Shown in pieces: positions 1 to 13,230 of a stretch of 64,000 nucleotides of DNA (within the stretch, counting starts at the first letter, position 1; every line of letters begins with the position of its first letter). The notes beneath the pieces are model-generated. The model worked only from the letters and a program-made list of their open reading frames with translations. It had not been told where the DNA came from and did not search any database. The stretch is from contig OZ037769.1 of the NCBI GenBank assembly GCA_964035545.1, forward strand, positions 1,550,001-1,614,000, written 5' to 3'. Source of the DNA: Bugula neritina. Lineage: Eukaryota; Animalia; Bryozoa. The translations under genes and the position numbers were made by a program.

Positions 1-162
1 AGATCAGCTGATCTTGTGATAAAAGACTTAAATACCCATCCCAGACCGCCACCACAGGGCATGACATCATCGAAGTCAGCTGGCAGCCTCATACCCACCA
101 AACAGAGCAACATTACAGAAGTCATTCTGGAGGAAAGTTCACAAACTGAGGAAGAATCATAA
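1..162 (+). CDS. 3' terminal coding fragment of an unidentified gene entering from the left edge (RSADLVIKDLNTHPRPPPQGMTSSKSAGSLIPTKQSNITEVILEESSQTEEES*)
   Basis: Frame 1 is open from base 1 to TAA at 160-162, with higher GC than the flank; AATAAA at 800-805 is a candidate polyA signal. No recognisable domain. Confidence 0.5.
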   Translation, partial: RSADLVIKDLNTHPRPPPQGMTSSKSAGSLIPTKQSNITEVILEESSQTEEES

Positions 163-509
163 AAACTAAAAATACTAAACTACTAAGGCATGGCGGTTAG
201 ATTTGCATCCGTGCATGATGTAGAAAGAGATATTTTATATGAGTGAACGGGTTAGCATTATATACATTCCGTCTCACGATACAGGCATAGGTTAACTCAA
301 ACCAGTAAGCAAAGTCCTAAAAAATTAAATAGCCTGGCTACTTTATACGCATTGAAGTATACTTATGTATGCGGTCGAAACTTTTAGCCACTACATATGG
401 TGCGAGATTTTAGCATCTACATGTACCACATTGAACAGGGCATGAACAGTGAACAGAGAGAGCTTGCTGATTCCTAACTCTAAGTAGGAGAGCTGAGTGG
501 CTTTAAGTC

Positions 510-575
510 ACTTGCTTGACTTAGTTGACTTGAACTGACTTGACTTGGTTGACTTGAACTGACACCACTTGGTTA
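510..575. repeat. short degenerate ACTTG/GACTTGAACT tandem repeat
   Basis: cttgcttgacttagttgacttgaactgacttgacttggttgacttgaactgac. Confidence 0.6.
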
Positions 576-1788
576 GAGATAGCTGGCAACATTTGAAAGT
601 CATACAAGTAAAAGTATTTCACTGTTTACAAGTTTAGTTCCTTATTTCAGCACTTAGATAAATTTGTTACACTGTGATCATCTTGTAGAAATTCAAGCTT
701 TCAACTATAATTTATATACAGTTAGTGGAAAGTATCATAGCCATTGTGTTTAACCACCAGCGAGGCATTTATTTAATCTTAAAGAATATATACTCATTCA
801 ATAAAGATAAATGTATTAGTTTCAATCTATTTAAACTTAAACTTGAAGCTAAAATTTTTTAAGCTGCTGAATGCCAGTAATTACATGCACGCCAATTGAC
901 ATTTTTTGTGGAAAATTTATAGGTCCACATTTAAGGCTGAAATTAAATATGGTTACGTGGTAAATTTCAATGGGATCGCATCAGATTACAGTTTCTTGAG
1001 ATTTGAATTATTCAAGTTTTATTAGAATTTAAGATGGTGGTGAAATTAATTCCTCAATCATGAAAATAATTATTTATATATAAGCTGAGGCGGTAATATC
1101 ATAGCTTGAATTCCATATATATACAAACAGTTCAATGTAATCTTTTTAGTTAATGAAGCAAGTTTTAAATCTGCTTGATGATTTTTAGTTTACCGCTAAC
1201 TTGCCCGTAGCAAAACAGCATAACTACAAAGAAGTGGATGTTTTATTGGCGGGATGTTATTTTGCAACGTCATGGTAAATACCTCCAATAATGTCAATGT
1301 CTTTTACATAATACACTTATCTGGTGTGTAAATGCAAACTTCCATAGCATTTCTACAGATTTGTTAATAATTGGGAAGATTATATCGAAATAATGTTCTA
1401 TTTAATCTTGCTATATACTGTAACTTATTATTGCACTATATTATATTATCCAACTCATTTATATAAACAATTTTACAAACTTGAAATTATTGATACTAGT
1501 TTGCAGATGTATGTTGCTATCTATTTGCATGACTTATTCCCTGTGTCCTTATTGTGTTATATAATATGTCCCTTACATATAACATAGATATTCTATTACA
1601 TGTTGTGTCTTGTGTCATTATATAGAAATTTCTATTTTTTAATATATTTGTTTGCTATACCACATAAATGTTTATTTAGTGTGTGTTACTTTGATAGGAT
1701 AACCATAGTTTTATTATTTTAAAAAGATTCATTCAGATGTTAGAACAACTTGAAGTTGTCCTCTCATGCGTAATGAGATAACGCATAG

Positions 1789-1892
<104 letters not shown>

Positions 1893-3107
1893 CTAAAGAA
1901 AAGTGAAGTTATTTGGAGTAGGATAAAAGCTATATAGTGCAATATAAAATGATATAACGGGAAGTAACTAATACTCTTGTCTAATAAAAGTTTAGTCTAA
2001 CTATAAAAAAGACTCTATGAGGAACTTAGCAGATGACATGAATGTTTTGTTGGTATGTATCAGGGAATATCATTATTAGGATGGATTTTCAATTGGGTTT
2101 TGAGCAGAGTCCTTTATAAGTATGTTAATTCTATCAGTTTGAGAATCTCTGACATGCACTTCATTTGTGTCATATTAGAATATCAGATGTAACTTAGCTA
2201 TCTATCATCTACAGACTGATGGGTTTATGCTCAAAAACTTTTTTAAAATATATTTTGTGCCCGTAATGTTACAGTCTTCATTCAGCACACTAACTATATG
2301 CTATCCATAACTGCTTAAGCACTGAACTAGCTAAAAAGTAATTTTCTATTAGGAAAATTTATTCATTTAAGCTTTAAATCAAACTTTTTTACCACACAGT
2401 CATTAAACCTACCGCAAGTTTTGTAAATTAGCTATTATAATTTGCACTTTACTTGCAATCAGCTTTAAATGTCACTGCGTAAGGCTACATCCTATATAAA
2501 CAGGAGCCAGTATTTAAACCATCCCACTCAGTTATTTTATATCCCAGTTTAGTACACCTCCTGCTGTTATATGCAAGAGTATCTTTTGACACAGGGCTCT
2601 TTATTATATACATTGTAATGAAACACCTTTTGTATACATCTATTAAATGTGAAAAACAAAATAGATATAAATGTGTAAAATATCAGTACATGGCAAATTT
2701 TTAAAAAGAATTAATTCATTGCTGTGCTGTATTATAGCCTGAATAATATAACTGCTTATATATGTAAATCTGCACAAACATAAAAGGCACTTGAAACTTT
2801 GGAGTTTTACCCAACTTGAAAATATTATCAATATGTACATAATATATAGTATTTTCGTCAGGTCACAAGAATAAAAAGGCTAGTTTTCAAATTATAAACA
2901 AACAATTTTGAAGGATACAAACATTTTGTTTAGTTTTAGAGTTGTAAAATAATATAGAAAAAGTATAACGAAACATTAAGTTGTAGTATAGTTATAAGCG
3001 CTTGGTTGAGATCGGTATCCAGGGGCAGGGAAATATTGCTGGGATCGGCACAGGGTACTTTGAATTGCGTAGCTGCAGTTTTTGATGCTTTGTGTAAAAT
3101 TGAAAAC

Positions 3108-6100
3108 TTAAGAAATAAAATCATTGATTATGTGCTCAGATATGCTATTGGTAAATGAGTCATCGTCAGACAGAGACAAGGGCACTTGCTCACTCATGTC
3201 ATCAGGTAGTGAGTAATAGGATGACACACTGGCAGTTGCAGTGTCACTTTCAGTGACACTTTCACCGACACTCCTTGACATGTGCCTGCAGTTGGCTGGT
3301 ATATAAAGTTGAGGAGCTAAAGCAGTGCTTGTAGTTTGATTGGAGTTTTGGTTTGCAGAGCTGAATGGCGGTGGGTCATCAGGGTCATCAAATGGGTCAT
3401 CCGTGACATCACTTCCTACTGACACTTCTTCATCTAATGAGGTATTCTGATTTGATGATACAAAACTTGGAACTGCGTATTCTAAAAATATATTATAATA
3501 TCCGCTAAAGTTTAATCAAGAACAGGAAAGAAATTTCAAAAGTTTTACACTTGACAATTTACAACACTCATGCTTGGAAATGCAACACATTTTAAAGCAT
3601 TGTGATAAAAATATACAAGCTAGTTGCTCAAACAACTGGCATCTAAAAATGGTGCTAGTATACTCTGCAATATAATTGAGGGCAAGGTCTAAGGAACTGA
3701 GGGTTTGCCAAGTTAGGGCTAGGGTTACTGCCCTCAATAATCATGTTTTTCTGCAAGGAGCTTGCCAATGTGAGCAAATTGCATAAATTTACATACAAGT
3801 TCAAGTTACTTTTGGCAGACAATTGAAACAAAAAGTTGATAAGCACAACAGCTGAAAAATAGATATAGTTGAGCAGCTATAATTGGTGAACCAGTAAGGC
3901 ATTGCAGGCAGCTTTGTGTTACCAAATTTGGCTGTATTCCTCAGCGTGCAGCAATAAAACAGAAGAAAAGTATTCTCAATTCTAAAAGCAACAAGCTGCT
4001 TGGTTTAGCGAAACAACAAAGAGAAGGCATTAGTTATATGGCAGCAGTTTACCTACTAGTCGCTATCCAAGCATTCAATCTTAGGATCTAGAAAAGAAGA
4101 GTGACCTACGTGTAGGTACATTAATTACTTGTACATAGGTACAGGAGTTACCTACATGTAGGTACATGACCTACTTGTACATAGATACAGGAGTGACCTA
4201 CGTGTAGATACATAAACTACTTGTATATAATATGATGGTATAGAGGTTTCTGAGATGCTGTAGATACAAACAGAGATTAAGCTATGAATTAGTTTTAAGC
4301 ATGAATAATATTGTTTACAAGCAAAAAGTCCGTACTAACGCCTTTTCCTAACTTAAAGGAAAAGTTCCACTATATAGCTATAAGCTGATCCGCATGATTG
4401 CAAAATCACGAAACAACACAAACATAGTTATGACCTTTATTTCATCAACTAATGATTTCCAAGTAGCTGATCTACCACAGTGCTTCACCCACTCAGCTCA
4501 GAGAGCTTGATGCAGTAACACAGCTTTTTAATAGCCAGATTTCAACAACTCTTGCAGGCCTGACTATGAACTATGTGGGACACAGAGTGAAAAATTTATA
4601 AATTCAATTGCCTACACAAAATTCTACACCTCTGCTTCACTGAGAGGAAAACAGGTCACCATTACCATTATGGTAAAATGGGAACAAAGAGGTGTCAAAA
4701 AAGGCAATTGATCAGTGACAGGTGGTTGACAGCAACAGCAGGTGCTCGTTTCACTCTCTGGCGCTTGGAAGAATATTTACATTCTAAACTCTACTTGTCA
4801 GTTTGAGCTGTTAAAACCAGGACTATTGCTGCACTAATGACGACATTTTTAGAGTTGAAATTTAGCCAAAAGAGAATTTATTTTAAAATTTTCTGTCAAA
4901 TGTTACAGATCATAGCATAGATAATATTTTAAGGTCAGTGTTACAATTAGCAATAAAAAATCCTAAACTGCAAGCAGATAAATTGATTTACCAAATCCAA
5001 TATGCTGCTTATAAATTTAATTTATATTTTATATGGCTTCACTAATGACATGCTAATATAGGACCTAGACTATTATAATGACATACTGATATAGGACCTG
5101 AGCTATTATAAATTTTTGTGTCAAATATTTGAAAAACTGTTGAACTTTTTATTTATCCTCAGAGCAAAAATATTCCTCTTAGAAGCCTTCTGTCAACACA
5201 TTTGTTTGCAACTTTGAGAGGTGTAAAGGCAAGCTAATGTAAATATCTAGGAAATTATATCTCTTACAATTTAATTTTTTATTACTATTACATAACCCAA
5301 AGTGCATTGTGCTGATGTATATATATGTATATATATGTATATATACATTAAATCAAAGGCTTAGAGACTTGCTAAAATTTTAAGATTATTCCTAACTTTT
5401 TGGTAGTACAAACTCAACTGCATAACAATTGAAAGCTAGGAAAATAATTTTGAAAGCTGCTGATACTTTTGAAGATTGATAAAACAAACGTATGCAGATA
5501 AAATGCTGTCCAATTAGGTGTATCTTTGCATACTCAATGACTATGATAGCTAGAAAGGCAAGCATCTAAATATCTTCAAAATTATATGTGTAGTATATGC
5601 AATTTACTTACTTTTTTGACTTACTCTATTCTCTATATTGGTCTATCTCTTGATTCACTCCTTAAACTTACTTGCGAGAAAGTTAAACACGTGTATTATT
5701 ATTAAATTGATCTAGTGTGAGAGGTTTTAGTTCCCTCATAGTAGGATTGTAACTCAAAACACACAGTCTCTTTTTGAAGCGACCTAATTATGAATAATAT
5801 ACTCCTACTGAATTATGAATATTCTGAAAGAAAGTTTGTTTTTCTTTGTTTCGAAAACCCTTGATTAACTCAAGTGTTTATGGCAGATAAATGTACTTAG
5901 AAGTTGGTATTGCCCTTCTCTAAACCCTCTGCTGCCTTTAATATAAACAATTTCCAATTAACTAATCAACACCTTATCACTACTGCAAAAGACTGGTTGC
6001 TCTTCAAATTTCTTACAAAATACTTGCACCTAAATTCAGCTATATTTACCATAATGTATTACGGGCCAGAAAATATTGATTCTTTAATAGGGGATATTAG

Positions 6101-9100
6101 ACAGTCTAATCATATGTTCGGTTCTTGGTAATTATAAAAGTAGAGCAAACTAGTTTTCTGGAAAGAAAAATTCCACAAGCATAAGAATAAGGACAAACAC
6201 GGACAAGATCTAAAATCTTCGGTAGAAGTTAGAAAATTAGGATAAAATCAGGATGAGTAACACAGTAGCTGAACAAGGAAATGGTTTGTAAGGCGTGATC
6301 AGATAATGTTATAAGAATAAATAGCTATTGCTACTATACGAGGTAAACAATTTAGTACATTGACCTTTGCTCATTCGGTTCCCTATTGGCACGTTAAACT
6401 ATTGCATCATAATGCGTCAAGATGTCACGCGATATATACATTGCGATTTAGCTGCGGCAGTAGGAGAGGTGGAGCTGGTGGCATCAATAATAATTCAAGT
6501 ACAACTGCTCAGTTTGTGGCTATACCGATCCAGCTCCATTTCATACCAGCCTGTGAGAGTGCAATACACTTACTTTGAACTCTTTCAAGCCGACCAATTT
6601 GATCATGAGGACACAACGATGCATTGGCAATGGATCTCTCAAACTGCTCTCTATCTTTTGCAGTGATGCCTACAAAATAGCAATATAGTAACAGACTAGC
6701 TCAAGTAGATGTTTTGCAACTACATAAGGATTGGCAGAGAAAAGACAATTATGTGAGCTAAAGTGATTGGTGGACAATGTGTTGCCATTTGTCACTTAAT
6801 GGCAAAAAACATACCAATTTAAAAAAGAAGTTGGAAAAAATCTAACTCCATTCTATAAGATTTAATATGAGAAGCAGACAACATAAGAGTTTTATTAGAG
6901 TTGTCCTTTCAAAGAAAGTGATTCGCCGAGGCAAACAACTAGTACAGAAGTAAATGTCAGTATAGTAGGCTTTAATTAATTTGCTAACTATTGTACAGGA
7001 TACAAACATTAATATAAAATTAATCAAAATTTTAAGGCAAATAGTGTGTTATTGTCACAAAGAAGAAACCACTGGAGCAGAACCAAATGACAGGTTTTTC
7101 TTTTTATGGAGACAATTATTTTAGTGTGATAGGTGCGAGATATGTGTAAATATAATAGCAAAATACGGCTTACATGTCTTTTAAAACTCTACTCAAGTAT
7201 ATAGATACTGCTAACTATTAAATTACATCCATTTTAAAGAAGAGTTATGGAATTCTGGAAATTACAAGGAAAGAGAAAAAGATATGTTTTTGAAGCTAGA
7301 ACTTAGAGTGAGAGATGAAAAGAATGCGCAGTTACTTCAACAAAGGAACAATCAAACTATATATTAGACAAAGTTAATAATTAAACATATACACCAGTTT
7401 TAGTATCATTGCTCTTTCAAAGAAGATATCCTGTTAAATAAAGATAGTCTAGATCCAAACCTCTTTCTATCCACTCAATGGGGATGGCACTAACACCCTC
7501 AAACTTTACAGCTTCAGTCTCATTCCTTTCACATAATCTTTTAATAAATAACTCGGCTTCTTCGGTGGGTGACTCACTAGACTTATGTATCTTTACTGTC
7601 AGATCTGCAGTAATATGTGTACTTATTATGGTATATATTATATGTACATATTATAGTATATATTATATGTACATATTATAGTATATATTATATGTACATA
7701 TTATAGCATATGTTATATGTACATATTATAGTATATATTATATGTACATATTATAGTATATATTACCTATACACATTATAGTATATCTTACAGGTACACA
7801 TTAGAATATATATATATATTATATGTATTATGTACACATTATAATATTATATTTACACATTATAGCATTATATTTACATATTAGGCTATATAGTATATTA
7901 TGGATATATATGCTACAGTATTTAGTAATCTATGCCCTACAATATTTTTTATATTTATGCATTACAGTATTTTTTATATTTATTTAATATTGCGGTATTA
8001 TATCTATATTATATTGCATTACGATATATATGCATTAAAGTATTATATCTATACATTGAAATAAATGTAACTATTAACTCCATGAATACGATTCAATCGC
8101 TAGGATAATTCAATACTTCAGTCTGCATGCCAACTAAAAATTCATCATGGTTGCACAAGTGTCATGACTGAAGTTACAAAGTTAAAGCAGTTGAGTCTAT
8201 CACTGGATAATCATAAAGTAAATTTCCGAAATTGCATTACAACTGCATCATTCTAAAGAGGTTTAGAAATGGCATGTTCAATCTATTGCCACCTCTTTCT
8301 TTATATAATAAAATATTTTCAGGTATAATATTTACATAAATCTTTCACCTTGCTGAATGTTATTTTAAAATCACAACTTGACATTTGTATATTTAAATTC
8401 CAATTTGCTGGTCAAGTGGTAATAATTTTCATTAAAGATTAACTTTTCAGTCTTTTTGTTTTAGTGATGAACCAAATACTGATATGTTTGACATTTGCAC
8501 CTTGCTCGGCCTCTTTACTAAATTAAAAACTCGGTGAATGCTGTTAACTGATAAAGCCTATCATAAGGGTCAACGAACTTTACATAGCTGCGGCAGGTAC
8601 CCAGTAGGCTGGGTGTAGTATGCCTGTATTTAAATACCAAATAATTTTATCTAAACAATGAGCCCATTTAAAAGATGGATAGATATGAAATATAGAAATA
8701 CTGGTTATGTTATAGTAATATATTAGGTTCTTCCATCAACTAGCAATATCATGGCTGATAGGCTGTCATTTTATTCCAACCTTAGGGTGATGTTGGCTGC
8801 ATTTGTGTTGTAAAGCAATACATAATGAAATAAAACTTGTTCCTAACCTAACTAAAAGGAATTTATAAGGTTTGTGATAGATGTAATGTGATTGAGTAAT
8901 ACCAAGAGGCCCAGAAATCGACCAGGTAAAAGATTGGTATAGATTAAACCCAATTTTGGACATTCCCTCAACTTTTGACAATGAAGTTGGTGTTGAAACA
9001 TTTCCCAGAGTGGGATTAAACATAAACTTGGCAATGTTGGTATCAGCTGGTACATGTATAACCTAACACATTTGAAATCACAAGCTGGTTGCATCATCAC

Positions 9101-10647
9101 AATGACTAACTGGCAGAAACTTATAAATCTTCTTTATCAGTTTTTAAAATGTAATCTTGAAGTTGTTAATTAGTCATTCACTTTGACCTTTCTAAAGGTA
9201 GGTTGTCATGGACACCATGTTCAGCCTAGCAACCTAATGGAGTCTTAAGCCCCACATAAGATTATCTAGATTGTATTGTCAGACAACATTGAGAAAATAA
9301 CAATTAGCTTAGAGAGCAATTAGTATTAGTAGAACAAAGCCATCAAGTTGCTTTGTTTTCTAGATTTTTCTGCAGTGTTAAGTGAGTGCAAATTGCAAAA
9401 TAGTTTTCGAAAGATGCTAAGTTGAAAGTTTGGGTTTTGCAAGTAATTCCTTAACAAATTGAGTAGCGCTGAAAAACATTTTTTCACACTTTTAATTACT
9501 CATTATAAAACGTGTAAGCCTGCTGAAAAACAACAACCAGGAAAAGGTTACATAATAAAGTAGGCCTAAATTACGATCTTTCTAATCAGTATGATTTCCT
9601 AATACATTCTGCAATAAGGAGAACCAACAAGTACGTGATTCCCACACAATGCAGCCATTTTACTTTTAGATAAATTCAGGATAAGTTGAGGCATACCTGA
9701 AGACTGGGTAGAAGAATGCTGCGAAATGGAGTTGTTGTTACAAGGAGTGTATAGAGAGCTATCTGAATAAGTTCTCTTTACCGGGACTAGAGATTTGGGA
9801 CTGTAAGAAGAAGCTGGGGTCGGAGGACTTGATGCTGATTGGATAATCTAAAAAATAGAATAAGTAGCTTACACTTCTATATTAATACAGTATGACCCAA
9901 ATTTTTTATTTTCCCACCCTATCCTATTTTTAAATCAGATGATAACGAGATATTTGTATTGAAATTTTTTTTTTTATAAAAATAAACATTTGCTTTATGT
10001 TGCATCATTTATGAGACATAAACGCACGATTTCTCACTTATTTTTTGCTTCTTGTTTGAACAGATATTTTGTTAATGAGTATTCATCGATTAAAGATAAT
10101 GTCTATTATTAATATATCACTGTTTTTTTACCCCACACAAATCTGTGAAAATTAGAATATTATTCCAGATAATTCATGTTAGCTATATTATAGCATTTTA
10201 GCTATTTAGCAATCAATGCAACAGTTATATAGGTATATATAGATATATTACTATATATTTATATAGCACCAAAATGAGAAATAACTTCTAACTGGGATGA
10301 AACCGTTTAAAAAGTATTATAAAGAAACACTAGATGTCTTATTGATTAGAGACTAGATGTGACAACATTATCAAAAAAGCTGCATTTCACACATATACCA
10401 AGCTCGTGTTGTTGTAGTTGTATTCACACATGACTCACAGATATATAAAGTGTAATATCAGTTTAAGTCTAATCGTTTGAGCAAATGGGACTCAAAGAAA
10501 TTCCCAATCATCTTTTTAAAAAGACAACCCTATAAATCATTGGCTAATATCTTATAGCTTCTATAATGAGATAGAAAATAAAAAACTCAGTTATATGCAA
10601 AAACCCAAAGCAGTGTTTTCAAAATATATTTCATGCATATTTCTGAA

Positions 10648-10686
<39 letters not shown>

Positions 10687-10689
10687 GTA

Positions 10690-10773
<84 letters not shown>

Positions 10774-13230
10774 TACTATATCTTACTTCTATAACTTATC
10801 TTATTTTTAAACATTTAGTAGCTTGAATAGTATTTAATATTCGACTGTTTAAAAAGTTATAGAAATGTAATAATAATTATACTACAGTGAAATAACTTAC
10901 AGTAAAGAACCTTATGGTATCTTATAGCCCTATATAGAAAGCCCAGCAGGTAATTATCTTGAAGTATAGGTATAGGCCTACTATTCTTTCCTGTTAATTA
11001 TTGGATATACTGCGTTATTAACTTAGATATTACTGTATACTGATAAATTGTTAGCAGCTTTCATAAAAAAATCAATATGTCTTAGAAAACAGCCTTCTAA
11101 GCAGATCAGAGAATACTAAATTAACAAATCACTTGATTTTCCACTTGCTAGAAAAATATTAAATTAAATTAAACATTTCCAGTATAATTATCTTTCACAT
11201 TATGTGCAATTCCGCTTTTGGTGGCTTCTTCAATTGTTACAAGTGTAGCAGCTCTGATGCCATGGTATTACAGAAATGTTTTCACATAAATTTCAAGTTA
11301 TCTTTGCAGTATTTTAAAGTAGAAATTCAAGAAAATCTTAATTTCTTTTTCAATTTTATTTAAATTTATAATATAAAAACATCAAATTGTAATATCTGCA
11401 TTTCGTATTATATTCAACAGGTTATATTAAGTTGTTTTTGATTTTTCAAGTGTAATCTCCAAAGTTAAATGGACCTTTTAGTAAAATCTTTATTAAAGTG
11501 GCTGGGAAGCTGAAACTTGATTTATATTGTTACCTGTTTAATTTCAATACTAATATTGAGTGAAAGATTGCTATTCAGTACGATAGATAATAATAGATTT
11601 CATAATATAATATATTTTAGAGTTAGGTTGTGAAGTTTTCCAGTAAGAACCTTTACCAAAGAATCAACCAGTCGTAGAACACAACATTTACATAAATGGC
11701 TATAACTGCTTCAATTTCATAGGAATTTTTTCCAACCAACCATCGCCTTTCATTGAAGGAATAACAACATAAAAACAAACAAGGCAGCACAAGCATAAAA
11801 ACAAGCAAGGCAGCACAAGCATAAGAATAACAATAATATTCAATATAAAAAATTATTATTCTTTATTTTAAAAGTGCATTTGATACATCTATACGATGCA
11901 TATGAATAGCCGACTGCATCACAGAACTTGGCAAACAAAGATACGACATTTTATCCCTCCCATGGACATTGTATGCTGTCTATTTTAGATTCTAACAGTT
12001 CATTGACCTCTAAACAAGCTTCACAAGTACTGTAAGAGTATAGCAATACTTCTCAAGTTCTCATAATTCACAATACAAATTACCTTGTCAACGCATGACT
12101 GATCTCATAAAAAGCTTACAAATTTCCAGTGTTATTGATTATCTGAACACAATTTTACACTTCAACTGTAAGTGTTATGGTTATTGCCTAACATTGAATG
12201 CAGGAAAAGTATTCTACGTATATTACATAAAGATCAAAGAAAAATATTGTGATTAAAAATAGGCTTGAAAACTTTGAAAGCCTAGCTACGTTAGCAGGAG
12301 CAGAGCAAAATAAAACCTAATTATTTTACTAGCAGCCCTAGAGATAGAGTATCGTAGCTGTTCCTACGCTATTTTAGTGAGACTCTGCCTGGCTGATCAG
12401 TAGTAATTTAACCGCAATAAGAACTGGATATTACACTGAAATAGGATAAGCAATTTAGTGCTATGTTTCTAGAAAACCCTAAAATATTTGGTAAGGCAGC
12501 ATATGATGACTCACTGCAGTTGCTGCCTTAGATCCTATACCAACATCCTCCTCCCCTTCTTCTAGTATCTTTATCGTTGACTTTCTGAACCCAGGCCTGT
12601 TAAGTGCTCTTCTTAGAGTCTAAAAGGATAATCCTTGTATATAATAAAGAAAGAAGAGCAAAAGTTGGTTTCAGATGGATTAGCTAGATTACTAGCATAG
12701 AGGTGATGAAGCAGTCCAAGATAGAGATTATGTCCATATAGTTATTGAAGATTATCAGCATATGTAAGTTAGGCATGGCATAGTTCATCACTGGTAGTGG
12801 CTTTTAGTTGCCAAACTAATCTCTCAATAATGAATCAGCATTTGCTGACATTTCCTGCAAGTCAGCAGGCACTGTACTGACTTCTAGATTACATAACCTG
12901 TGCACGCTGACACAGGAAGACTTGCCTAACATATCTCTACATGCCATCACTTACTGAACTCAAGCCATTTTAAAAATAAAAGACACACATGGCGATTATT
13001 TTTCATGGCGGAACAGATAACTGGCTAGTACTACAAACCTGCTCTATTAGGTGAGATATTTTGAGGTCAAATGTCAGGTAGCCATCTCTAGATCTCCTCG
13101 CCAAGATGACATCTGGCTGCGTTGAATCTTCTCTCTCCATTAAACAGCTACCGTGAAGTGCCTTTTCAAAATGTTGTCCATCCAACGCAGCAACCATCTC
13201 ACAATAGACACGGCTCCGCAGGGTTTTGGT
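3108..13230 (-). CDS. Orphan multi-exon protein-coding gene, partial model. Exons 13230-13039, 12619-12515, 9847-9697, 7604-7461, 6669-6574, 3481-3108; start exon uncertain
   Basis: Each exon is bounded by AG/GT with compatible phases (0,0,1,1,1) and the joined frame is open: TKTLRSRVYCEMVAALDGQHFEKALHG...LIEQ|TLRRALNRPGFRKSTIKILEEGEEDVGIGSKAATA|IIQSASSPPTP...SSTQSS|DLTVKIHKSSESPTEEAELFIKRLCERNETEAVKFEGVSAIPIEWIER|GITAKDREQFERSIANASLCPHDQIGRLERVQ|KYAVPSFVSS...DFIS*. Family not recognised. Confidence 0.6.
4100..4226. repeat. ~46-bp tandem repeat, ~2.7 copies
   Basis: gagtgacctacgtgtaggtaca...tacttgtacataggtacag repeated. Confidence 0.75.
7615..7880. repeat. ~25-bp AT-rich minisatellite (gtatatattatatgtacatattata)
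   Basis: At least 6 near-identical copies decaying rightwards; abuts the acceptor of the orphan-gene exon at 7604. Confidence 0.85.
10075..10303 (+). mobile_element. Partial (3' half) copy of the MITE at 16800-17279
   Basis: Aligns by eye with 17030-17279 (ttaaagataat...aatgtctattattaa...tttagcaatc...acagttatata...taactgggatgaaac). Confidence 0.75.
10648..10781. repeat. (CA)n followed by a perfect 100-bp palindrome atatagtagcc-(AT)39-ggctactatat
   Basis: Directly visible; palindrome spans 10682-10781. Confidence 0.9.

Noticed and set aside
6551-6573. 23-nt micro-intron (gtaagt...cacag on the - strand)
   Set aside because: Splicing it leads to a stop within 17 codons; the donor joins better to the exon at 3481.
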